DNA of 14,531 nt from an uncultured archaeon (lineage in GTDB: Archaea; Asgardarchaeota; Lokiarchaeia; Sigyniarchaeales; SOKP01): NCBI GenBank assembly GCA_964525635.1, contig CAZGJX010000102.1, positions 1 through 14,531 of the forward strand. Direction: 5' to 3'. Below are positions 1 through 7,770 of the stretch, in pieces; position 1 is the first letter of the stretch, and every line of letters begins with the position of its first letter. The position numbers and the translations under genes were made by a program. Under the pieces are notes generated by a model. The model was not told the DNA's origin, did no database searches, and saw only the letters and a list, made by a program, of their open reading frames with translations.

Positions 1-14
1 TTATATTGAAATAT

Positions 15-764
15 TTATTTTTTTAATATTTCTGCTCTAATTTCTTTTGATAATTTTTCACTTGCATATCTAAGAATTAATCGAGGCAAGCGTTGTTTAT
101 TTTTCTTTAAATATTGAATTATAATTTCTGGTTTATAATTAGAGCAAGTTTTTAAAAGCCATCCAATACCTTTCAGAATATAATCTTCATTCTTATATTG
201 AAGCATTTTTTCGACTAACTCAAATATAAAGTCTTTAGAAATAAAGAAATCCTTTCTTAACATTATTAATTTTAATAAAATTACCATTGAAGCTCTTCTA
301 ATCCAAATGTTATTAGATTCGGACCAATCTTCAATAGTCATTTTTGAGAGCTTCTCATTTCCCTTTATATTTAAATAAGGACCAAGAACTCTAATACATG
401 TACTATCACATAGAGACCATGTACTACAATATTTTGAATAATCATAGTAAATAATATTTATTATTTCCTCATTGAACTGCTTTTTAAAGTTGTTTAGAAA
501 TAGAAAACCTATAAATTGTTCATCTTAATTGTTAGAACTAATTAAAATTTTAAATATCTCAATAGCATCTTTATATGAGCAATTATATTTTTTGAATACT
601 TCTTTTGCAATAGATTCTTTCTTCTTCATTATTAATCCATATAATTGGAAATTAGGATTATCTGAATTAATAATTCTGTACATTCTATTTTTCTGATCCA
701 GTGTAAGGATTGGAATATTCTCTTTTATTTTCTTCTTTATTTCATTTAGAATAGTATTAATCAT
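15..764 (-). pseudogene. DNA alkylation repair protein (AlkD-like HEAT-repeat glycosylase family), interrupted by a single in-frame TAA at 525-527
   Basis: ORFs 525..764 and 15..341 share a frame. Translating across the gap gives ...LISSNN*DEQFIGFLFLNNFKKQF...YCSTWSLCDSTCIRVLGPYL...DWSESNNIWIRRAS...EDYILKGIGWLLK...LRYASEKL, with AlkD-family W-x-x-C-D, W-x-R-R and KGIGWLL motifs. There is no other stop, giving about 249 codons. The start overlaps the upstream stop (ATGA). Confidence 0.85.
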
Positions 765-1897
765 AAAAATCGATCTAATCCTTTTTTTTGTTTAAAATCT
801 TTACTTTTCTGTAAATATGGAACTACAAATTTTATAATTTCTTTTGTAAAATTTCTCAATTTTTCTAATTCTCCTCTTTTATAAATATCAATAATAGATT
901 CTTCAAGATTATTTAAATATAAACCAGCCCACATCATTGTTTTATTAGATTTACCCGTTGTAATACTATCAATATATTCTTTATCAAGCAATAATTCTGC
1001 AATTTTATAATTCCACTTACGATAATCAGAAGGAATCCATCTTTTTATTCTAATTGCTAAATCATATTTTTCACAATAAGATAAAAATTTCATATGGATT
1101 TTTTTTACATATTCAGAGGGAGCATAATAATTACCTTTATATAATTCTAAAATTGGTTTAATAATATTCTTAAATTGACTTTGTTTCAATTTTTTGATGA
1201 AAAAATCTTGTTGTAAGTCTCTCATCGTAAGGCCTGGAGAGAACAATACAAAATCCGCTCCAACATCTTTAGATTTTTTGATAATACTCTCAACATTTTC
1301 TTCATTATCACATAAAAATGGAATATTTGGTATAAGATATGTACCCACTTTAATATTTGGTGCTTTTTTCTTAATAGTTTTTATTGCTTCAAGACGTTCT
1401 TTTGGAGGGCTGGAATAGGGTTCTAAAAATTCGGCAACTTCTTTATCTATTGAAGTTATGGAAAAACCTATTGTGCACCATGTATCATCAGCAATTTGTT
1501 TAAGTAAATCAATATCTCGAGTAATTAAAGTATTTTTTGTTGCGATATTAACAGGATATTTATGTTTAGAAATAATTCTCAGTATTTTCCTGGTATTTTT
1601 AACTTCTTCTTCAATAGGTTGATAAGCATCACACACTCCTCCAGGACCTATGATATCTGGTAATAATGTTCTACTTCTTTTTATAGTCTCATCGAGAATT
1701 TTATCAATTTTTTCTTTAATGATAACTTCATTCTCAAAATCATCTAGATAATATCTCTGACTTCTTGCATCACAATAAATACATGCATGAGAACATCCTG
1801 AATATGGATTTATTGTATATCTTGCCCAAAACCAGGAATCTGGAAATCTTAATTTATTTAATGCTGTTTTATACTCCTTATAGATATATTTTACCAT
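761..1897 (-). CDS. Radical SAM protein, spore photoproduct lyase (SplB/Rv2578c)-like DNA repair family
   Basis: INPYSGCSHACIYCDAR (CxxxCxxC), CDAYQPIE and IATKN motifs are typical of SPL-like radical SAM proteins. 378 aa, ending KQKKGLDRFL. Confidence 0.85.
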   Translation of the reverse strand: MVKYIYKEYKTALNKLRFPDSWFWARYTINPYSGCSHACIYCDARSQRYYLDDFENEVIIKEKIDKILDETIKRSRTLLPDIIGPGGVCDAYQPIEEEVKNTRKILRIISKHKYPVNIATKNTLITRDIDLLKQIADDTWCTIGFSITSIDKEVAEFLEPYSSPPKERLEAIKTIKKKAPNIKVGTYLIPNIPFLCDNEENVESIIKKSKDVGADFVLFSPGLTMRDLQQDFFIKKLKQSQFKNIIKPILELYKGNYYAPSEYVKKIHMKFLSYCEKYDLAIRIKRWIPSDYRKWNYKIAELLLDKEYIDSITTGKSNKTMMWAGLYLNNLEESIIDIYKRGELEKLRNFTKEIIKFVVPYLQKSKDFKQKKGLDRFL

Positions 1898-2038
1898 TTA
1901 AGAATTTTTTATCATTAATTAGACATATTAGTTATTACTAAAATTAAATCTATTACCTTTATCCCTATAAAATCAGTAAAGTTAAAAGATATGCTGATTT
2001 TAAGATCATAGATACTATTTTTATAGAATATTACCTAT

Positions 2039-2140
2039 GCGCTCGTAGTATAGTGGTAGAATTCTGGCCTTCCAAGCCGGAGAAATACTTGATCCTACTC
2101 AAGTATCCTGGAAACCCGGGTTCAAGTCCCGGCGGGCGCA
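2039..2140 (+). tRNA. tRNA-Gly(TCC), intron-containing, CCA not encoded
   Basis: Acceptor stem GCGCTCG(2039-2045)/CGGGCGC(2133-2139) with discriminator A2140. D loop AGTGGTA. Anticodon arm CTGGC-CTTCCAA-GCCGG with TCC at 2071-2073. T arm CCGGG-TTCAAGT-CCCGG. There are 35 nt between the anticodon and T arms. Confidence 0.95.
2083..2113 (+). other. Archaeal tRNA intron, 31 nt, non-canonical position about 45/46 (variable loop)
   Basis: Central 4-bp helix CCGG(2077-2080)/CUGG(2108-2111), bulges AG^A (2081-2083) and AA^A (2112-2114), inner hairpin AUACUUGA/UCAAGUAU. Cutting after the 2nd bulge nucleotide leaves a normal 4-nt variable loop, AGAC. Confidence 0.85.
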
Positions 2141-2263
2141 TTTCTTATATTTATTAATCCTTAAATTATACATTAAATTTTTATATCTTTTTCCCAAATA
2201 GTAAATGATATACAAATAATTAATAGAAAAATCAATTAAAGTGATTTTTTCCATTTAATAATT

Positions 2264-2416
2264 TTAATAAAAAGAAAAAGTTTTTTCTTGTCTATTATTA
2301 TTAAGAATCTCTTTTATATGAGCTTCATAATCCTTAGTTCTATGTTCTTTAATTGCTTTTCTAAGGTCATCAAATATATGCTTCTTATGATAAATTAATA
2401 CTTTTTTAATTGTCAT
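2264..2416 (-). CDS. Possible small hypothetical protein (50 aa from ATG 2416)
   Basis: Open frame in an otherwise empty AT-rich gap (MTIKKVLIYHKKHIFDDLRKAIKEH...). No recognisable motif. Confidence 0.25.
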   Translation of the reverse strand: MTIKKVLIYHKKHIFDDLRKAIKEHRTKDYEAHIKEILNNNRQEKTFSFY

Positions 2417-2628
2417 TATGCAATCTACCCAGTTATTTATCGATTTTACATTTAAAGATTTCAATCAATATCTAACTAAAATTCTTTTAAGCTAATAATA
2501 ATTTTAGTTATAAATCTAGGGGATTCAGAATAATATAAATCTAATTGGTAATAAAGTGAAATAAAATAAATTATCTAGAAAAATTATTTTTTAAATATAT
2601 AATATAAGAAATCGCTTTTCAATAGGTA

Positions 2629-2648
2629 TAAAAAAGAAGAAAAAAAAA
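2629..2648 (-). terminator. Oligo-T tract after the ABC ATPase stop (putative archaeal intrinsic terminator)
   Basis: The + strand A-run reads as a long T tract on the minus strand about 15 nt past the stop at 2664. Confidence 0.45.
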
Positions 2649-2663
2649 GTTTTTTTTATTATT

Positions 2664-3356
2664 TTAATTCATAAGGCTTCCATCTTCTATATGTATAATT
2701 CTATCAGCACAAAATTCTAATCTTTTATCATGTGTTGCACATAAAATAGTTGTCCCTCTCTCTCGAGCTATTTTCTTAAAGTATTCTCCTATTATATGTC
2801 CGTTCTCAGAATCAAGATTTCCTGTAGGTTCATCGGCAAGTATCACTTGAGGTTCATTTATTAATGCACGAGCTATTGATACTCGTTGCATTTCACCACC
2901 ACTTAAATGTTTTGGTTTATGTTTTAATCGTTGTCCCATGTTTAATAATTCTAACATAGAAATACATCTATCTCGATAACCATTATTATTTCCTTTTGAG
3001 ATTTTTGCCATTAGTTCTAAATTTTCAAGAACATTTAATGATTTAATAAGATTAAAAGTTTGAAATATAAAACCTATAGAATTACGCCGAATTTTTGTTA
3101 ATTCGCTCTGTTTAGAATCTTTATCGAATATTGTATCTCCAAATTTTATTGTACCCTCTGTAGGATGCAATAAGAGACCCATTATAGATAATAGAGTTGT
3201 TTTTCCGGCTCCACTAGGACCCATAATAATCACTACCTCACCATTATGAAGACTTAAATTAATATTCTTGAGGGCATTGACTTTAACTCCCTTAAGTCCA
3301 TAAATCTTTGAAATATCTTTTATTTCCATGACTATATTCTTATTCAAATTTATCAT
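2664..3356 (-). CDS. ABC transporter ATP-binding protein (LolD/MacB/FtsE-like)
   Basis: Walker A GPSGAGKTT, Q-loop GFIFQTFNL, signature LSGGEMQRV, Walker B/D-loop ILADEPTGNLD, H-loop ATHD. Confidence 0.95.
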   Translation of the reverse strand: MINLNKNIVMEIKDISKIYGLKGVKVNALKNINLSLHNGEVVIIMGPSGAGKTTLLSIMGLLLHPTEGTIKFGDTIFDKDSKQSELTKIRRNSIGFIFQTFNLIKSLNVLENLELMAKISKGNNNGYRDRCISMLELLNMGQRLKHKPKHLSGGEMQRVSIARALINEPQVILADEPTGNLDSENGHIIGEYFKKIARERGTTILCATHDKRLEFCADRIIHIEDGSLMN

Positions 3357-3370
3357 CTCTTCATTATTAT

Positions 3371-4498
3371 TTAGGACTTAAAAACTATGATTGGATCAAT
3401 CTTATTTACTTTTCTTATCGCTATTAGTATAGCAAAAATCCCAACTAATAGAGAAATACAGTAAAATACAATGATTAAATATAAATTTAATTGAATTGGC
3501 ATTGTGGTTATATCTGAAATATAAAATCCGATTACATAAGTTAATATTGTTCCAAAAATATAACTTAATGTCATTAAGAGACCCACTTGACCCATTAGCA
3601 TTTTATAAAGAAAGCTTTTACTAGCACCAACTGCTTTTAATGTTCCAAATTCAGGTGTTTTTTCGTTAACATTCGAATACATCGTAAGGAAAATTATTAT
3701 AAGACTAACAAATAATCCCATCACAACCATTATTCCAACACCTATTCCTGCTCCGCTTTCATAAAGCATATAATCCCTTGTATTTGCACTTATTTGAGTT
3801 TTAGAAAAAATATCTACATTTTCTATTTCGTTTAAATCAGTTTTTAATTGGTTAAGATTATACCCTGATCCTGATTTATATTTAACAAGTAAGAAACTTG
3901 TACCATTACCCATGTTATTTATAATTTGAGCAGTTTCTAAACTCATCCATGCATAGGAGCTAATAAAAAATTTATTATTTCTACAAAATCCAATTACTCT
4001 TATATTTACTCCATTTATTACAATTTCATCATCAATTTTGACACCTGGTAGACTGTTTTTAAAACTCTCATCAATCAAAGCTGTAAATGGAGTATTAAGA
4101 TCAGTTACATCACCAGAAACAACATCCCAAGGTTTTAATAACTTACTTGAGACATTTATTCCCACCATTTGTAATGTAGTAAAATCATTCCCATGATCGA
4201 CAACTCCTCCAACATAAATAAGTTTTTCTACGTAAACATTATCTGTTTCTAAGGAATTTGTCACATTATCGCATAAATCCCCTGAAATATAACTACCATA
4301 TAATGCATTTCCTCTATTCTCCTGAGTAATCCAAGCATCTGCAGATGAATTCTCAATAATATTAGTAGCTTCATTTAAAGTACCATTCAGCATTCCAACT
4401 CCAAATAATACTAACAATATTGAAGTAGTAAGACCTAAGCAGACTAAAATGAATTTCTTTTTATCATTTATCAAATCTTTTAAAGTTAGATTGACCAT
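3371..4498 (-). CDS. ABC transporter permease (MacB/FtsX family)
   Basis: One N-terminal TM helix, a large extracytoplasmic domain, the EFGTLKAVGAS motif, three C-terminal TM helices and a KIDPIIVFK end. Lies 14 nt upstream of the ATPase. Confidence 0.9.
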   Translation of the reverse strand: MVNLTLKDLINDKKKFILVCLGLTTSILLVLFGVGMLNGTLNEATNIIENSSADAWITQENRGNALYGSYISGDLCDNVTNSLETDNVYVEKLIYVGGVVDHGNDFTTLQMVGINVSSKLLKPWDVVSGDVTDLNTPFTALIDESFKNSLPGVKIDDEIVINGVNIRVIGFCRNNKFFISSYAWMSLETAQIINNMGNGTSFLLVKYKSGSGYNLNQLKTDLNEIENVDIFSKTQISANTRDYMLYESGAGIGVGIMVVMGLFVSLIIIFLTMYSNVNEKTPEFGTLKAVGASKSFLYKMLMGQVGLLMTLSYIFGTILTYVIGFYISDITTMPIQLNLYLIIVFYCISLLVGIFAILIAIRKVNKIDPIIVFKS

Positions 4499-4800
4499 AA
4501 TTTATAAATTTTTCAAAAGAATAAAAGATTTATATAGACCAATTTTTATATAATAAGAATAGTTTGAAGTAGTAATTAGACTAATAAGAAATAAAAATAG
4601 AGCTATTATATATTATGAGTTATTCCATAAATAGAAAAATCTTTTATCATTAGAATGACACTAATTTATTAATTTTTCAATAGAATAAAAAATTTATATA
4701 GACCAATTTTTACATAATAAGAATAGTTTGAAGTAGTAATTAGACCAATAAGAAATAAAAAAGAGTTATAATATTCCATGAATTATTTCATAAATAGAAA
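4473..4800. repeat. Tandem duplication of a 164-bp unit (4473-4636 / 4637-4800) spanning the nep1 3' end, the intergenic region and the permease 5' end
   Basis: Direct alignment at offset 164/163, e.g. atttatatagaccaattttta[t/c]ataataagaatagtttgaagtagtaattagac[t/c]aataagaaataaaaa in both copies. About 19 differences by manual count. Confidence 0.92.
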
Positions 4801-5440
4801 TTAATTTATTAACTACTATCCAAGAGTTTAATGAATTTTTTGAAATTGATATAATATTATCAGATAATTTAAAAATTTCTTTGGAATAACTTGACTTTTG
4901 AAATCCCCCAACAACAATAATATAATTAATTGATGGATCTGGTTTAAATAATTCTTGATAAGAAGATATTTGTTTACCTTTTCTTGAAAACATTAATGCT
5001 ATGGGATTATCAAACTCATTAATTACTTCATTTAGATGTTTACTTATTGGTGAAATTAAATAGGTACCATCTAATCGAATATGATTATCAATTAGAAGTT
5101 TTGCCATTAATCCTTTAAATCTGTTAAAATTCTTAGCTATTCTAATATTTGGATTAACTTCAAAAATTCTATTTTTATTTGTATGAAAGAATAATTTTAA
5201 GTTTCCAGATAAATTCAAAGAAGAACCCAATGCATTTAGTAAACATAGGTGTAAAATATCAGGGCGCCCCCTTTTTAGTCGATTTTTTAAATTTTTCATT
5301 GCAGAGTGGTGTAATGCATTATCGAGTAATTGTGATGAATAATTCTTCGTAGATATATTTCTTTTTACCGCCGGATGTTCCCTAATTGAACTAGGTATTA
5401 ATTCTAAACCACATTCAACTAATATAACAATTAATGGCAT
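4766..5440 (-). CDS. nep1: rRNA small subunit pseudouridine N1-methyltransferase Nep1/Emg1 (SPOUT family)
   Basis: LLDNALHHSAM...KRGRPDILHLCLLNAL, RIAKNFNRFKGLM and VVGGFQK motifs. Adjacent to rnp4 as in other archaea. Confidence 0.92.
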   Translation of the reverse strand: MPLIVILVECGLELIPSSIREHPAVKRNISTKNYSSQLLDNALHHSAMKNLKNRLKRGRPDILHLCLLNALGSSLNLSGNLKLFFHTNKNRIFEVNPNIRIAKNFNRFKGLMAKLLIDNHIRLDGTYLISPISKHLNEVINEFDNPIALMFSRKGKQISSYQELFKPDPSINYIIVVGGFQKSSYSKEIFKLSDNIISISKNSLNSWIVVNKLISIYEIIHGIL

Positions 5441-5455
5441 ATATCTATAACTAAT

Positions 5456-5800
5456 TTATTTTTTTGGAAATATAATATTTCTTCTTTTCTTTATATGATA
5501 TCTTGTTATATGATTGCATTCAAAACACGTCAAAGAAATATGAGATGCTTTTCCTTTTCTTGATTGGAGTCTAATCCTAGAATTTATCCCAGGATAAATA
5601 AAACTTTTGCAATTATGGCAAATCCGTTTATGCCAAATTATTGGTATTTTTAATTTAGCTCGTTTAGCATATCTTCTTGCTAAATCAATATATTTATTGG
5701 CAAGTTCTTTATTCTCTGAAAAAAGTATATTTGCTAAACTGAATAAAAAAATCATTCGTTCTCTAGCTATTTTCTTAACAACTTTTTTATAATTAGGCAT
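5456..5800 (-). CDS. rnp4: Ribonuclease P protein component 4 (Rpp21)
   Basis: IARERMIFLF...KYIDLARR, with zinc motifs CHNC and CFEC. ATG at 5800 is preferred over the track's TTG at 5812. Confidence 0.92.
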   Translation of the reverse strand: MPNYKKVVKKIARERMIFLFSLANILFSENKELANKYIDLARRYAKRAKLKIPIIWHKRICHNCKSFIYPGINSRIRLQSRKGKASHISLTCFECNHITRYHIKKRRNIIFPKK

Positions 5801-5821
5801 AATTCTAATCAATTATCTTTA

Positions 5822-6094
5822 TTATTTTTCCATTTCATATTTTGATATTATTATCGTTCTTCCACGATGATCAAGTAAATAAGATTCAGTTTCATTAGTT
5901 ATTTTTTTGATTATTTCATTGATTGATATATCGTAAATTGAAGTCTTTAAGAATTTTATTTTTATTATTTTATACTTTTTTAATAACTTCTCAATATGGG
6001 TAATAAAACCCTCATTATCCTTAAGGCCTTTTTTACCTAAAATACAGTGAGGAGGCTTTAATAGTACATCCTTAAATTTTTGTTTTAAATCCAT
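5822..6094 (-). CDS. yhbY: YhbY/CRM-domain RNA-binding protein
   Basis: P-x-x-x-LGKKGL...IIKIKFL...DHRGRTIII pattern, 90 aa, between rnp4 and rps19e. Confidence 0.85.
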   Translation of the reverse strand: MDLKQKFKDVLLKPPHCILGKKGLKDNEGFITHIEKLLKKYKIIKIKFLKTSIYDISINEIIKKITNETESYLLDHRGRTIIISKYEMEK

Positions 6095-6191
6095 TAGTTA
6101 ATACCTTTAAAATCACAAAATTTTTAATTTAATAAATATTACAATCAATATTATATTACCATTTAAGAACTTATAAATTAAAGATTTTAGT

Positions 6192-6620
6192 ATGTCTATC
6201 TACGTTGTTGAACCGAATAAACTGATTGAAATAATAGCTGCTAAATTAAAAGAGTATCCTTCCATCACGCCTCCTGAAGGGATTGAATTTTGGAAGACGG
6301 CTTACTATAAAGAATTAGCACCATCAGATACAGAAGCCTTTTGGTATATTAGATGTGCATCATTACTTCGAAGGGTTAGAAAATACGGTCCTATTGGAGT
6401 AAATAAATTAAGAAAGCTATATGGTGGAAAAAATAAAAATCGAAAGGGTAAAAAGAAAAGTGCTAAAGCTTCTGGTAAAATAATCCGTGTTGCACTCCAA
6501 CAGTTAGAAGATGTAAAATTGTTATCACATAAAGAAAAAATAGGAAGGGAGTGTACTATTGAAGGTATCAGTCTGTTAGAAAGGACTGCTTATGAGATAT
6601 TAAGGCAAAAAAATCAATAA
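6192..6620 (+). CDS. rps19e: 30S ribosomal protein eS19
   Basis: WKTAYYKELAP, WYIRCASLLR, GPIGVNKLRKLYGG and SGKIIRVALQQLE motifs. Confidence 0.97.
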   Translation: MSIYVVEPNKLIEIIAAKLKEYPSITPPEGIEFWKTAYYKELAPSDTEAFWYIRCASLLRRVRKYGPIGVNKLRKLYGGKNKNRKGKKKSAKASGKIIRVALQQLEDVKLLSHKEKIGRECTIEGISLLERTAYEILRQKNQ

Positions 6621-6655
6621 ATCTATTAAAAAAAGACTTTTTTTTGTGGTTTATT

Positions 6656-6994
6656 TTGAGTGATGAAGAAAAATTAGAGGAAATCCGAAGAAGAAAACTT
6701 GAGGAAATGAAGCAACAAGCTATTCACCAGAAAGTGTCAGAACAACAAGAAAAAGCATATAATGAAAAAAAATATCAATTAATGCGGAAAATACTTTCCC
6801 AAGAAGGTCGCCAAAGGTTAGAAAATATTCGGATGGTAAAACCAGAATTTGCTGAACAAATTGAACTGCAATTAATCCAATTATTTAATGTAGGGAAAAT
6901 TAGAAGTCAATTGTCTGATAAAGCTTTTAAAAATCTTTTAGAGCAAATCACAAATTCAAGTAAAAAAAAGGATTTTAAAATTAAGAAATTTTAA
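6656..6994 (+). CDS. PDCD5-family DNA-binding protein
   Basis: (M)SDEEKLEEIRRRKLEE...ILSQEGRQRLENIRMVKPEFAEQIELQLIQL, in its conserved position after rps19e. TTG start at 6656 is inferred from the usual N-terminus of the family. Confidence 0.93.
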   Translation: MSDEEKLEEIRRRKLEEMKQQAIHQKVSEQQEKAYNEKKYQLMRKILSQEGRQRLENIRMVKPEFAEQIELQLIQLFNVGKIRSQLSDKAFKNLLEQITNSSKKKDFKIKKF

Positions 6995-7012
6995 TAATTG
7001 AAGTGAATTAAA

Positions 7013-7174
7013 TTGGCAAGAAATAAAGATTATCCATCAAAGAAAAGAAGGGGTAAAAAAGCAAAACAAAGTAGCTCAATACCAAGTTGGGTAGTAATGA
7101 AATCAGGAAGAAAAGTTAGAACTAGTCCATATTCTCGTAGAGAATGGAGAAATAGAAAATTAAAACGAGACTAA
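7013..7174 (+). CDS. rpl39e: 50S ribosomal protein eL39 (absent from the ORF track)
   Basis: Manual translation from TTG 7013 gives MARNKDYPSKKRRGKKAKQSSSIPSWVVMKSGRKVRTSPYSRREWRNRKLKRD* (53 aa), with eL39 P-x-W-V and R-R-x-W-R motifs. Canonical position before rpl31e. Confidence 0.95.
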   Translation: MARNKDYPSKKRRGKKAKQSSSIPSWVVMKSGRKVRTSPYSRREWRNRKLKRD

Positions 7175-7210
7175 AATTATTATATAAAATTATTGTAATA
7201 TGTGAGAAAG

Positions 7211-7693
7211 ATGGCCAAAAAAAGAAAAGAAGTAAGTTTAGATGATTTAGAAAAGGAATTAAAAGAATCCAAAGAAGAATTAGAAGACATTGAAGAAGAG
7301 GAAGAAAAAAAAGAAGCAAAGATTGAAGAGATCGAAGAATTTAACTTGGAAGATATTTCTTCTGAAGAAGAAGTAAGTGAAGTTTTTGAAGAAGAATTTG
7401 AAGAAGAAGTTGCTGCTGAAGTTGAAGCCCCTGAAGAAGAAATTATAGATGAACGTATTTATACTATCCCTTTAAGCCAAGCTCGTAAAGGACCTAGGAC
7501 CAAATGGGCAAAAAAAGCTATAAGATTTTTACGAGATTATATGCAAAGACATTTTAAACCAGAATATCTTGTTATAAGCCAACAAGTAAATGAGAAAATA
7601 TGGGAAAGAGGTATTCAGAAACCTCCTAGAAAGCTTAAAGTTCGGGCAACAAAGAATTCAGATGGATTAGTAGTTGTCTATCTAGCAGAATAA
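7211..7693 (+). CDS. rpl31e: 50S ribosomal protein eL31 with an acidic N-terminal extension of about 80 aa
   Basis: Core ERIYTIPL...KKAIRFLR...VNEKIWERGIQKPPRKLKVR starts at 7451. ATG at 7211. Confidence 0.95.
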   Translation: MAKKRKEVSLDDLEKELKESKEELEDIEEEEEKKEAKIEEIEEFNLEDISSEEEVSEVFEEEFEEEVAAEVEAPEEEIIDERIYTIPLSQARKGPRTKWAKKAIRFLRDYMQRHFKPEYLVISQQVNEKIWERGIQKPPRKLKVRATKNSDGLVVVYLAE

Positions 7694-7770
7694 CATTATT
7701 TTTATATATATTATTAATTTAATTTGTATTATTTTTCTAATAACTTATATATTTCAATTATAGTGGAATA

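Noticed and set aside
1194-1418. + strand 74-aa ORF
   Set aside because: Antisense shadow inside the radical SAM gene, with no motifs.
2081-2115. Long variable arm (Sec/Ser/Leu-type tRNA)
   Set aside because: The anticodon and acceptor identity are Gly, 35 nt is too long for a variable arm, and BHB-type removal yields a standard 4-nt loop.
4473-4800. Repeat as a CRISPR array or as an att site of an island integrated at tRNA-Gly
   Set aside because: There are only two long adjacent copies with no spacers. They do not match the tRNA 3' end, and no integrase is present.
5607-5792. + strand 61-aa ORF
   Set aside because: Antisense to rnp4.
7122-7319. - strand hydrophobic 65-aa ORF
   Set aside because: Its Leu/Phe richness is the mirror of the GAA-rich eL31 tail, and it overlaps rpl39e and rpl31e.
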